Source: Eledone cirrhosa (taxonomy: Eukaryota). Taken from it: 64,000 nt of DNA. Shown here piece by piece: positions 28,337 through 41,800 of the stretch. Each line of letters begins with the position of its first letter. The first letter of the stretch is position 1. The notes beneath the pieces are model-generated. The model saw nothing but the letters and a program-made list of their open reading frames with translations, ran no database searches and was not told the DNA's origin. Made by a program: the position numbers and the translations under genes. The stretch lies in assembly GCA_964016885.1 (NCBI GenBank), contig OZ024744.1, forward strand, positions 116,002,001 to 116,066,000. Direction: 5' to 3'.

Positions 28337-31300
28337 ATGTCACTCATATCTTGTATCTATCTCTATGTATATATAATGTCTCTCATATCTTTTCTCTCTC
28401 TCTCTATATATATAATGTCTCTCATATCTTGTCTCTCTCTCTATATATATAATGTCTCTCATATCTTGTCTCTCTCTCTCTATATATATATATAACGTCT
28501 CTCATATCTTGTCTCTCTCTCTATATATATAATGTCTCTCATATCTTGTCTCTCTCTCTCTCTATATATAATGTCTCTCATATCTTGTCTCACTCTCTAT
28601 ATATATATAATGTCTCTCATATCTTGTCTCTCTCTCTCTCTATATATATAATGTCACTCATATCTTGTCGCTCTCTCTCTATATATATAATGTCACACAT
28701 ATCTTGTCGCTCTTTCTCTATATATATAATGTCTCTCATATCTTGTCTCTCTCTCTATATATATGTAATGTCTCTCATATCTTGTCTCTCTCTCTCTCTA
28801 TATATATAATGTCTCTCATATCTTGTCTCTCTCTCTATATATATATAATGTCTCTCATATCTTGTCTCTCTCTCTATAAATATAATGTCTCTCATATCTT
28901 GTCTCTCTCTCTATATATATAATGTCTCTCATATCTTGTCACTCTCTCTCTATTTATATAATGTCTCTCATATCTTGTCTCTCCCTCTATATATATAATG
29001 TCTCTCTTATCTTGTCTCTCTCTCTCTATATATATAATGTCTCTCATATCTTGTCTCTCTCTCTATATAAACAATGTCTCTCATATCTTGTCTCTCTCTC
29101 TATATATATACAATGTCTCTCATATCTTGTCTCTCTCTCTATATATATATAATGTCACTCATATCTTGTATCTATCTCTATGTATATATAATGTCTCTCA
29201 TATCTTTTCTCTCTCTCTCTCTATATATAATGTCTCTCATATCTTGTCTCTCTCTCTCTATATATATAATGTCTCTCATATCTTGCATCTCTCTCTCTAT
29301 ATATATATATATAATGTCTCTCATATCTTGTCTCTCTCTCTATATATATATATAATGTCTCTCATATCTTGTCTCTCTCTCTCTATATATATAATGTCTC
29401 TCATATCTTGTCTCTCTCTCTCTATATATATAATGTCTCTCATATCTTGTCTCTCTCTCTCTATATATATAATGTCTCTCATATCTTGTCTCTCTCTCTA
29501 TATATATATATAATGTCTCTCATATCTTGTCTCTCTCTCTATATATATATAATGTCTCTCATATCTTGTCTCTCTCTCTCTCTATCTATATATAATGTCT
29601 CTCATATCTTGTCTCTCTCTCTATAAATATAATGTCTCTCATATCTTGTCCCTCTCTATATATATAATGTCTCTCATATCTTGTCACTCTCTCTCTATTT
29701 ATATAATGTCCTCATATCTTGTCTCTCTCTCTATATATATAATGTCTCTCATATCTTGTCTCTCTCTCTATATATATATAATGTCTCTCATATCTTGTCT
29801 CTCTCTCTATATATACAATGTCTCTCATATCTTGTCTCTCTCTCTATATATACAATGTCTCTCATATCTTGTCTCTCTCTCTATATATATAATGTCTCTC
29901 ATATCTTGTCTCTCTCTCTCTATATATATAATGTCTCTCATATCTTGTCTCTCTCTCTATAAATATAATGTCTCTCATATCTTGTCTCTCTCTCTCTATA
30001 TATAATCTCTATCATATCTTGTCTCTCTCTCTCTCTATATATAATGTCTCTCATATCTTGTCTCTCTCTCTCTATATATATAATGTCTCTCATATCTTGT
30101 CTCTCTCTCTATATATATAATGTCTCTCATATCTTATCTCTCTCTCTATATATATATAATGTCTCTCATATCTTGTCTCTCTCTATATATATATAATGTC
30201 TCTCATATCTTGTCTCTCTCTCTCTATATATATAATGTCTCTCATATCTTGTCTCTCTCTATATATATAATGTCTCTCATATCTTGTCACTCTCTCTCTA
30301 TATATATAATGCCTCTCATATCTTGTCTCTCTCTCTCTATATATATATAATGTCTCTCATATCTTGTCTCTCTCTCTATATATATATAATGTCACTCATA
30401 TCTTGTATCTATCTCTATGTATATATAATGTCTCTCATATCTTTTCTTTCTCTCTCTCTATATATAATGTCTCTCATATCTTGTCTCTCTCTCTATATAT
30501 ATAATGTCTTTCATATCTTGTCTCTCTCTCTATATATATATATAATGTCTCTCATATCTTGTCTCTCTCTCTCTATATATATAATGTCTCTCATATCTTG
30601 TCTCACTCTCTATATATATATAATGTCTCTCATATCTTGTCTCTCTCTCTCTCTATATATATAATGTCACTCATATCTTGTCGCTCTCTCTCTATATATA
30701 TAATGTCACTCATATCTTGTCGCACTCTCTCTATATATATAATGTCTCTCATATCTTGTCTCTCTCTCTCTATATATAATGTCTCTCATATCTTGTCTCT
30801 CTCCATATATATAATGTCTCTCATATCTTGTCACTCTCTCTCTATTTATATAATGTCTCTCATATCTTGTCTCTCCCTCTATATATATAATGTCTCTCTT
30901 ATCTTGTCTCTCTCTCTCTATATATATAATGTCTCTCATATCTTGTCTCTCTCTCTATATAAACAATGTCTCTCATATCTTGTCTCTCTCTCTATATATA
31001 TACAATGTCTCTCATATCTTGTCTCTCTCTCTATATATATATAATGTCACTCATATCTTGTATCTATCTCTATGTATATATAATGTCTCTCATATCTTTT
31101 CTTTCTCTCTCTCTATATATAATGTCTCTCATATCTTGTCTCTCTTACTCTATATATATAATGTCTCTCATATCTTTATCTCTCTCTCTATATATATATA
31201 TATAATGTCTCTCATATCTTGTCTCTCTCTCTCTATATATATATAATGTCTCTCATATCTTGTCTCTCTCTCTCTATATATATAATGTCTCTCATATCTT

Positions 31301-34300
31301 GTCTCTCTCTCTCTATATATATAATGTCTCTCATATCTTGTCTCTCTCTCTCTATATATATAATGTCTCTCATATCTTGTCTCTCTCTCTCTATATATAT
31401 AATGACTCTCATATCTTGTCTCTCTCTCTCTATATATACAATGTCTCTCATATCTTGTCTCTCTCTCTATATATATAATGTCTCTCATATCTTGTCTCTC
31501 TCTCTCTATATATATAATGTCTCTCATATCTTGTCTCTCTCTCTATATATATAATGTCTCTCATATCTTGTCTCTCTCTCTCTATATATAATCTCTATCA
31601 TATCTTGTCTCTCTCTCTATATATATATAATGTCTCTCATATCTTGTCTCTCTCTCTATATATATATAATGTCTCTCATATCTTGTCTCTCTCTCTATAT
31701 ATATAATGTCTCTCATATCTTATCTCTCTCTCTATATATATATAATGTCTCTCATATCTTGTCTCTCTCTATATATATATAATGTCTCTCATATCTTGTC
31801 TCTCTCTCTCTATATATATAATGTCTCTCATATCTTGTCTCTCTCTATATATATAATGTCTCTCATATCTTGTCACTCTCTCTCTATATATATAATGCCT
31901 CTCATATCTTGTCTCTCTCTCTATATATATATATAATGTCTCTCATATCTTGTCTCTCTCTCTATATATATATATAATGTCACTCATATCTTGTATCTAT
32001 CTCTATGTATATATAATGTCTCTCATATCTTTTCTCTCTCTCTCTCTATATATAATGTCTCTCATATCTTGTCTCTCTCTCTATATATATAATGTCTCTC
32101 ATATCTTGTCTCTCTCTCTATATATATATATAATGTCTCTCATATCTTGTCTCTCTCTCTCTATATATATAATGTCTCTCATATCTTGTCTCACTCTCTA
32201 TATATATATAATGTCTCTCATATCTTGTCTCTCTCTCTCTATATATATAATGTCACTCATATCTTGTCGCTCTCTCTCTATATATATAATGTCACTCATA
32301 TCTTGTCGCTCTCTCTCTATATATATAATGTCTCTCATATCTTGTCTCTCTCTCTCTATATATAATGTCTCTCATATCTTGTCTCTCTCTATATATATAA
32401 TGTCTCTGATATCTTGTCACTCTCTCTCTATTTATATAATGTCTCTCATATCTTGTCTCTCCCTCTATATATATAATGTCTCTCTTATCTTGTCTCTCTC
32501 TCTCTATATATATAATGTCTCTCATATCTTGTCTCTCTCTCTATATAAACAATGTCTCTCATATCTTGTCTCTCTCTCTATATATATACAATGTCTCTCA
32601 TAACTTGTCTCTCTCTCTATATATATATAATGTCACTCATATCTTGTATCTATCTCTATGTATATATAATGTCTCTCATATCTTTTCTCTCTCTCTCTCT
32701 ATATATAATGTCTCTCATATCTTGTCTCTCTCACTCTATATATATAATGTCTCTCATATCTTTATCTCTCTCTCTATATATATATATATAATGTCTCTCA
32801 TATCTTGTCTCTCTCTCTCTATATATATATAATGTCTCTCATATCTTGTCTCTCTCTCTCTATATATATAATGTCTCTCATATCTTGTCTCTCTCTCTAT
32901 ATATATATAATGTCTCTCATATCTTGTCTCTCTCTCTCTATATATATAATGTCTCTCATATCTTGTCTCTCTCTCTATATATATATAATGTCACTCATAT
33001 CTTGTATCTATCTCTATGTATATATAATGTCTCTCATATCTTTTCTCTCTCTCTCTCTATATACAATGTCTCTCATATCTTGTCTCTCTCTCTATATATA
33101 TAATGTCTCTCATATCTTGTCTCTCTCTCTATATATATATATAATGTCTCTCATATCTTGTCTCTCTCTCTCTATATATATAATGTCTCTCATATCTTGT
33201 CTCACTCTCTGTATATATATAATGTCTCTCATATCTTGTCTCTCTCTCTCTCTATATATAATGTCACTCATATCTTGTCGCTCTCTCTCTATATATATAA
33301 TGTCACTCATATCTTGTCGCTCTCTCTCTATATATATAATGTCTCTCATATCTTGTCTCTCTCTCTATATATATATAATGTCTCTCATATCTTGTCTCTC
33401 TCTCTCTCTATATATATAATGTCTCTCATATCTTGTCTCTCTCTCTCTATATATATATAATGTCTCTCATATCTTGTCTCTCTCTCTCTCTATCTATATA
33501 TAATGTCTCTCATATCTTGTCTCTCTCTCTATAAATATAATGTCTCTCATATCTTGTCTCTCTCTATATATATAATGTCTCTCATATCTTGTCACTCTCT
33601 CTCTATTTATATAATGTCTCTCATATCTTGTCTCTCTCTCTATATATATAATGTCTCTCATATCTTGTCTCTCTCTCTATATATATATAATGTCTCTCAT
33701 ATCTTGTCTCTCTCTCTATATATACAATGTCTCTCATATCTTGTCTCTCTCTCTATATATACAATGTCTCTCATATCTTGTCTCTCTCTCTATATATATA
33801 ATGTCTCTCATATCTTGTCTCTCTCTCTCTATATATATAATGTCTCTCATATCTTGTCTCTCTCTCTATATATATAATGTCTCTCATATCTTGTCTCTCT
33901 CTCTCTATATATAATCTCTATCATATCTTGTCTCTCTCTCTATATATATATAATGTCTCTCATATCTTGTCTCTCTCTATATATATATATAATGTCTCTC
34001 ATATCTTGTCTCTCTCTCTATATATATAATGTCTCTCATATCTTATCTCTCTCTCTATATATATATAATGTCTCTCATATCTTGTCTCTCTCTATATATA
34101 TATAATGTCTCTCATATCTTGTCTCTCTCTCTCTATATATATAATGTCTCTCATATCTTGTCTCTCTCTATATATATAATGTCTCTCATATCTTGTCACT
34201 CTCTCTCTATATATATAATGCCTCTCATATCTTGTCTCTCTCTCTCTATATATATATAATGTCTCTCATATCTTGTCTCTCTCTCTATATATATATAATG

Positions 34301-37300
34301 TCACTCATATCTTGTATCTATCTCTATGTATATATAATGTCTCTCATATCTTTTCTCTCTCTCTCTCTATATATAATGTCTCTCATATCTTGTCTCTCTC
34401 TCTATATATATAATGTCTCTCATATCTTGTCTCTCTCTCTATATATATATATAATGTCTCTCATATCTTGTCTCTCTCTCTATATATATATAATGTCTCT
34501 CATATCTTGTCTCACTCTCTATATATATATAATGTCTCTCATATCTTGTCTCTCTCTCTATATATATATAATGTCACTCATATCTTGTGGCTCTCTCTCT
34601 ATATATATAATGTCACTCATATCTTTTCGCTCTCTCTCTATATATATAATGTCTCTCATATCTTGTCTCTCTCTCTATATATATATAATGTCTCTCATAT
34701 CTTGTCTCTCTCTCTATATATATATATAATGTCTCACATATCTTGTCTCTCTCTCTCTATATATATAATGTCTCTCATATCTTCTCTCTCTCTCTCTCTA
34801 TCTATATATAATGTCTCTCATATCTTGTCCCTCTCTCTATAAATATAATGTCTCTCATATCTTGTCTCTCTCTCTATATATAATGTCTCTCATATCTTGT
34901 CACTCTCTCTCTATTTATATAATGTCTATCATATCTTGTCTCTCTCTCTCTATATATATATAATGTCTCTCATATCTTGTCTCTCTCTCTCTATATATAT
35001 AATGTCTCTCATATCTTGTCTCTCTCTCTCTATATATACAATGTCTCTCATATCTTGTCTCTCTCTCTATATATACAATGTCTCTCATATCTTGTCTCTC
35101 TCTCTATATATATAATGTCTCTCATATCTTGTCTCTCTCTCTCTATATATATAATGTCTCTCATATCTTGTCTCTCTCTCTATATATATAATGTCTCTCA
35201 TATCTTGTCTCTCTCTGTCTATATATAATGTCTCTCATATCTTGTCTCTCTCTCTCTATATATATAATGTCTCTCATATCTTGTCTCTCTCTCTATATGT
35301 ATATAATGTCTCTCATATCTTGTCTCTCTCTCTATATATATAATGTCTCTCATATCTTGTCTCTCTCTCTATATATATAATGTCTCTCATATCTTGTCTC
35401 TCTCTATATATATAATGTCTCTCATATCTTCTCTCTCTCTCTATATATATAATGTCTCTCATATCTTGTCTCTCTCTCTATATATATTTTATGTCTCTCA
35501 TATCTTGTCTCTCTGTCTCTCTCTATATATAATGTCTCTCATATCTTGCCTCTCTCTCTATATATATATATAATGTCTCTCATATCTTGTCTCTCTCTCT
35601 ATATACAATGTCTTTCATATCTTGTCTCTCTCTCTATATATATATATAATGTCTCTCATATCTTGTCTCTCTCTCTATATATATATAATGTCTCTCATAT
35701 CTTGTCTCTCTCTCTATATATATAATGTCTCTCATATCTTATCTCTCTCTCTATATATATATATATAATGTCTCTCATATCTTGTCTCTGTCTCTCTATA
35801 TATATATAATGTCTCTCATATCTTGTCTCTCTCTCTATATATATGTAATGTCTCTCATATCTTGTCTCTCTCTCTATATATATAATGTCTCTCATATCTT
35901 GACTCTCTCTCTATATGTATATAATGTCTCTCATATCTTGTCTCTCTCTCTCTATATATATAATGTCTCTCATATCTTGTCTCTCTCTCTCTATATATAT
36001 AATGTCTCTCATATCTTGTCACTCTCTCTCTCTATATATAATGTCTCTCATATCTTATCTCTCTCTCTATATATATAATGTCTCTCATGTCTTGTCTCTC
36101 TCTCTCTATATATATAATGTCTCTCATATCTTGTCTCTCACTCTCTATATATAATGTCTCTCATATCTTGTCCCTCTCTCTCTATATATATAATGTCTCT
36201 CATATCTTGTCTCTCTCCCTCTCTCTCTATATAATGTCTCTCATATCTTGTCTCTCTCTCTCTATATATATATAATGTCTCTCATATCTTGTCTCTCTCT
36301 CTATATATATAATGTCTCTCATATCTTGTCTCTCTCTCTATATACATATAATGTCTCTCATATCTTGTCTCTCTCTCTCTATATATAATGTCTCTCATAT
36401 CTTGCCTCTCTCTCTCTATATATATATAAAATGTCCCTCATATCTTGTCTCTCTCTCTATATATATATAATGTCTCTCATATCTTGCCCCTCTCTCTCTA
36501 TAAATAATGTTTCTCATATCTTGTCCCTCTCTCTCTATATATATATAATGTCTCTCATATCTTGTCTCTCTCTATATATATATAATGTCTCTCATATCTT
36601 GTCTCTCTCTCTATATATATATAATGTCTCTCATATCTTGTCTCTCTCTCTATATATATAATGTCTCTCATATCTTATCTCTCTCTCTCTATATATATAA
36701 AATGCCTCTCATATCTTGTCTCTCTCTCTCTATATATATATATAATGTCTCTCATATCTTGTCTCTCTCTCTATATATACAATGTCTCTCATATCTTGTC
36801 TCTCTCTCTATATATATATAATGTCTCTCATATCTTGTCTCTCTCTCTCTCTATATATAATGTCTCTCATAGCTTGTCTCACTCTCTATATATATATAAT
36901 GTCTCTCATATCTTGTCTCTCTCTCTCTATATATATATAATGTCTCTCATATCTTGTCTCTCTCTCTCTCTATATATAATGTCTCTCATATCTTGTCTCA
37001 CTCTCTATATATATATAATGTCTCTCATATCTTGTCTCTCTCTCTCTATATATATATAATGTCTCTCATATCTTGTCTCTCTCTCTATATATATATATAA
37101 TGTCTCTCATATCTTGTCTCTCTCTCTATATATATATTATGTCTCTCATATCTTGTCTCTCTCTCTCTATATATATATAATGTCTCTCATATCTTGTCTC
37201 TCTCTCTATATATACAATGTCTCTCATATCTTGTCTCTCTCTCTCTATATATATATAATGTCTCTCATATCTTGTCTCTCTCTATATATATAATGTCTCT

Positions 37301-38754
37301 CATATCTTGTCGCTCTCTCTCTCTATATATAATGTCTCTCATATCTTGTCTCTCTCTATATATATATAATGTCTCTCATATCTTGTCTCTCTCTCTATAT
37401 ATACAATGTCTCTCATATCTTCTCTCTCTCTCTATATATATATAATGTCTCTCATATCTTGTCTCTCTCTCTATATATACAATGTCTCTCATGTCTTGTC
37501 TCTTTCTCTATATATATATATAATGTCTCTCATATCTTGTCTCTCTCTATATATATATATAATGTCTCTCATATCTTGTCTCTCTCTCTATATATATAAT
37601 GTCTCTCATATCTTATCTCTCTCTCTATATATATATAAAGTCTCTCATATCTTGTCTCTCTCTCTATATATAATGTCTCTCATATCTTGTGTCTCTCTCT
37701 CTCTATATATATATAATGTCTCTCATATCTTGTCTCTCTCTCTATATATATAATGTCTCTCATATCTTGTCTCTCTCTCTCTCTATATATAATGTCTCTC
37801 ATATCTTGTCTCTCTCTATATATATAATGTCTCTCATATCTTGTATCTCTCTCTATATATATAATGTCTCTCATATCTTGTCTCTCTCTCTATATATATA
37901 ATGTCTCTCATATCTTGTCTTTCTCTATATATATAATGTCTCTCATATCTTGTCTCTCTCTCTATATATATAATGTCTCTCATATCTTGTCTCTCTCTCT
38001 ATATATATATAATGTCTCTCATATCTTGTCTCTCTGTCTCTCTCTATATATAATGTCTCTCATATCTTGTCTCTCTCTCTATATATATATAAAGTCTCTC
38101 ATATCTTGTCTCTCTCTCTATATACAATGTCTCTCATATCTTGTCTCTCTCTCTCTATATATATATAATGTCTCTCATATCTTGTCTCTCTCTCTATATA
38201 TATAATGTCTCTCATATCTTGTCTCTCTCTCTATATATATAATGTCTCTCATATCTTATCTCTCTCTCTATATATATATATAATGTCTCTCATATCTTGT
38301 CTCTGTCTCTCTATATATATATAATGTCTCTCATATCTTGTCTCTCTCTCTCTATATATTTATGTAATGTCTCTCATATCTTGTCTCTCTCTCTATATAT
38401 ATAATGTCTCTCATATCTTGTCTCTCTCTCTATATGTATATAATGTCTCTCATATCTTGTCTCTCTCTCTCTATATATATAATGTCTCTCATATCTTGTC
38501 TCTCTCTCTATATATATATAATGTCTCTCATATCTTGTCTCTCTCTCTCTATATATATAATGTCTCTCATATCTTGTCTCTCTCTCTATATATATATAAT
38601 GTCTCTCATATATTGTCTCTCTCTATATATATATAATGTCTCTCATATCTTATCTCTCTCTCTATATATAAAATGCCTCTCATATCTTGTCTCTCTCTCT
38701 ATATATATATATAATGTCTCTCATATCTTGTCTCTCTCTCTATATATATATAAT

Positions 38755-38840
38755 TGTTTCGACTTTTGGCACAAGGCCAGCAATTAACCAGTGCATTACT
38801 GGTACTTTATTTTATCGACCCCGTAAGGATGAAAGGCAAA
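38755..38840 (-). mobile_element. 5'-truncated SINE fragment, copy 2
   Basis: Identical to 28251-28336 with the same junctions and flanking variant monomers; offset 10,504 bp. Confidence 0.9.
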
Positions 38841-41800
38841 ATGTCACTCATATCTTGTATCTATCTCTATGTATATATAATGTCTCTCATATCTTTTCTC
38901 TCTCTCTCTATATATATAATGTCTCTCATATCTTGTCTCTCTCTCTATATATATAATGTCTCTCATATCTTGTCTCTCTCTCTATATATATATATATAAC
39001 GTCTCTCATATCTTGTCTCTCTCTCTATATATATAATGTCTCTCATATCTTGTCTCTCTCTCTCTCTATATATAATGTCTCTCATATCTTGTCTCACTCT
39101 CTATATATATATAATGTCTCTCATATCTTGTCTCTCTCTCTCTCTATATATATAATGTCACTCATATCTTGTCGCTCTCTCTCTATATATATAATGTCAC
39201 ACATATCTTGTCGCTCTTTCTCTATATATATAATGTCTCTCATATCTTGTCTCTCTCTCTATATATATGTAATGTCTCTCATATCTTGTCTCTCTCTCTC
39301 TCTATATATATAATGTCTCTCATATCTTGTCTCTCTCTCTATATATATATAATGTCTCTCATATCTTGTCTCTCTCTCTATAAATATAATGTCTCTCATA
39401 TCTTGTCTCTCTCTCTATATATATAATGTCTCTCATATCTTGTCACTCTCTCTCTATTTATATAATGTCTCTCATATCTTGTCTCTCCCTCTATATATAT
39501 AATGTCTCTCTTATCTTGTCTCTCTCTCTCTATATATATAATGTCTCTCATATCTTGTCTCTCTCTCTATATAAACAATGTCTCTCATATCTTGTCTCTC
39601 TCTCTATATATATACAATGTCTCTCATATCTTGTCTCTCTCTCTATATATATATAATGTCACTCATATCTTGTATCTATCTCTATGTATATATAATGTCT
39701 CTCATATCTTTTCTCTCTCTCTCTCTATATATAATGTCTCTCATATCTTGTCTCTCTCTCTCTATATATATAATGTCTCTCATATCTTGCATCTCTCTCT
39801 CTCTATATATATATATAATGTCTCTCATATCTTGTCTCTCTCTCTATATATATATATAATGTCTCTCATATCTTGTCTCTCTCTCTCTATATATATAATG
39901 TCTCTCATATCTTGTCTCTCTCTCTCTATATATATAATGTCTCTCATATCTTGTCTCTCTCTCTCTATATATATAATGTCTCTCATATCTTGTCTCTCTC
40001 TCTCTATATATATATAATGTCTCTCATATCTTGTCTCTCTCTCTATATATATATAATGTCTCTCATATCTTGTCTCTCTCTCTCTCTATCTATATATAAT
40101 GTCTCTCATATCTTGTCTCTCTCTCTATAAATATAATGTCTCTCATATCTTGTCCCTCTCTATATATATAATGTCTCTCATATCTTGTCTCTCTCTCTAT
40201 ATATATAATGTCTCTCATATCTTGTCTCTCTCTCTATATATATATAATGTCTCTCATATCTTGTCTCTCTCTCTATATATACAATGTCTCTCATATCTTG
40301 TCTCTCTCTCTATATATACAATGTCTCTCATATCTTGTCTCTCTCTCTATATATATAATGTCTCTCATATCTTGTCTCTCTCTCTCTATATATATAATGT
40401 CTCTCATATCTTGTCTCTCTCTCTATAAATATAATGTCTCTCATATCTTGTCTCTCTCTCTCTATATATAATCTCTATCATATCTTGTCTCTCTCTCTCT
40501 CTATATATAATGTCTCTCATATCTTGTCTCTCTCTCTCTATATATATAATGTCTCTCATATCTTGTCTCTCTCTCTATATATATAATGTCTCTCATATCT
40601 TATCTCTCTCTCTATATATATATAATGTCTCTCATATCTTGTCTCTCTCTATATATATATAATGTCTCTCATATCTTGTCTCTCTCTCTCTATATATATA
40701 ATGTCTCTCATATCTTGTCTCTCTCTATATATATAATGTCTCTCATATCTTGTCACTCTCTCTCTATATATATAATGCCTCTCATATCTTGTCTCTCTCT
40801 CTCTATATATATATAATGTCTCTCATATCTTGTCTCTCTCTCTATATATATATAATGTCACTCATATCTTGTATCTATCTCTATGTATATATAATGTCTC
40901 TCATATCTTTTCTTTCTCTCTCTCTATATATAATGTCTCTCATATCTTGTCTCTCTCTCTATATATATAATGTCTTTCATATCTTGTCTCTCTCTCTATA
41001 TATATATATAATGTCTCTCATATCTTGTCTCTCTCTCTCTATATATATAATGTCTCTCATATCTTGTCTCACTCTCTATATATATATAATGTCTCTCATA
41101 TCTTGTCTCTCTCTCTCTCTATATATATAATGTCACTCATATCTTGTCGCTCTCTCTCTATATATATAATGTCACTCATATCTTGTCGCACTCTCTCTAT
41201 ATATATAATGTCTCTCATATCTTGTCTCTCTCTCTCTATATATAATGTCTCTCATATCTTGTCTCTCTCCATATATATAATGTCTCTCATATCTTGTCAC
41301 TCTCTCTCTATTTATATAATGTCTCTCATATCTTGTCTCTCCCTCTATATATATAATGTCTCTCTTATCTTGTCTCTCTCTCTCTATATATATAATGTCT
41401 CTCATATCTTGTCTCTCTCTCTATATAAACAATGTCTCTCATATCTTGTCTCTCTCTCTATATATATACAATGTCTCTCATATCTTGTCTCTCTCTCTAT
41501 ATATATATAATGTCACTCATATCTTGTATCTATCTCTATGTATATATAATGTCTCTCATATCTTTTCTCTCTCTCTCTATATATATAATGTCTCTCATAT
41601 CTTTATCTCTCTCTCTATATATATATATATAATGTCTCTCATATCTTGTCTCTCTCTCTCTATATATATATAATGTCTCTCATATCTTGTCTCTCTCTCT
41701 CTATATATATAATGTCTCTCATATCTTGTCTCTCTCTCTCTATATATATAATGTCTCTCATATCTTGTCTCTCTCTCTCTATATATATAATGCCTCTCAT

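Noticed and set aside
28183-28495. ORFs with non-repetitive peptides (VSTFGTRPAINQCITGTLFYRPRKDERQ; MFRLLAQGQQ...), also at 38.7 and 46.3 kb
   Set aside because: They are antisense read-through of the 86-bp SINE fragment, with no evidence of coding function.
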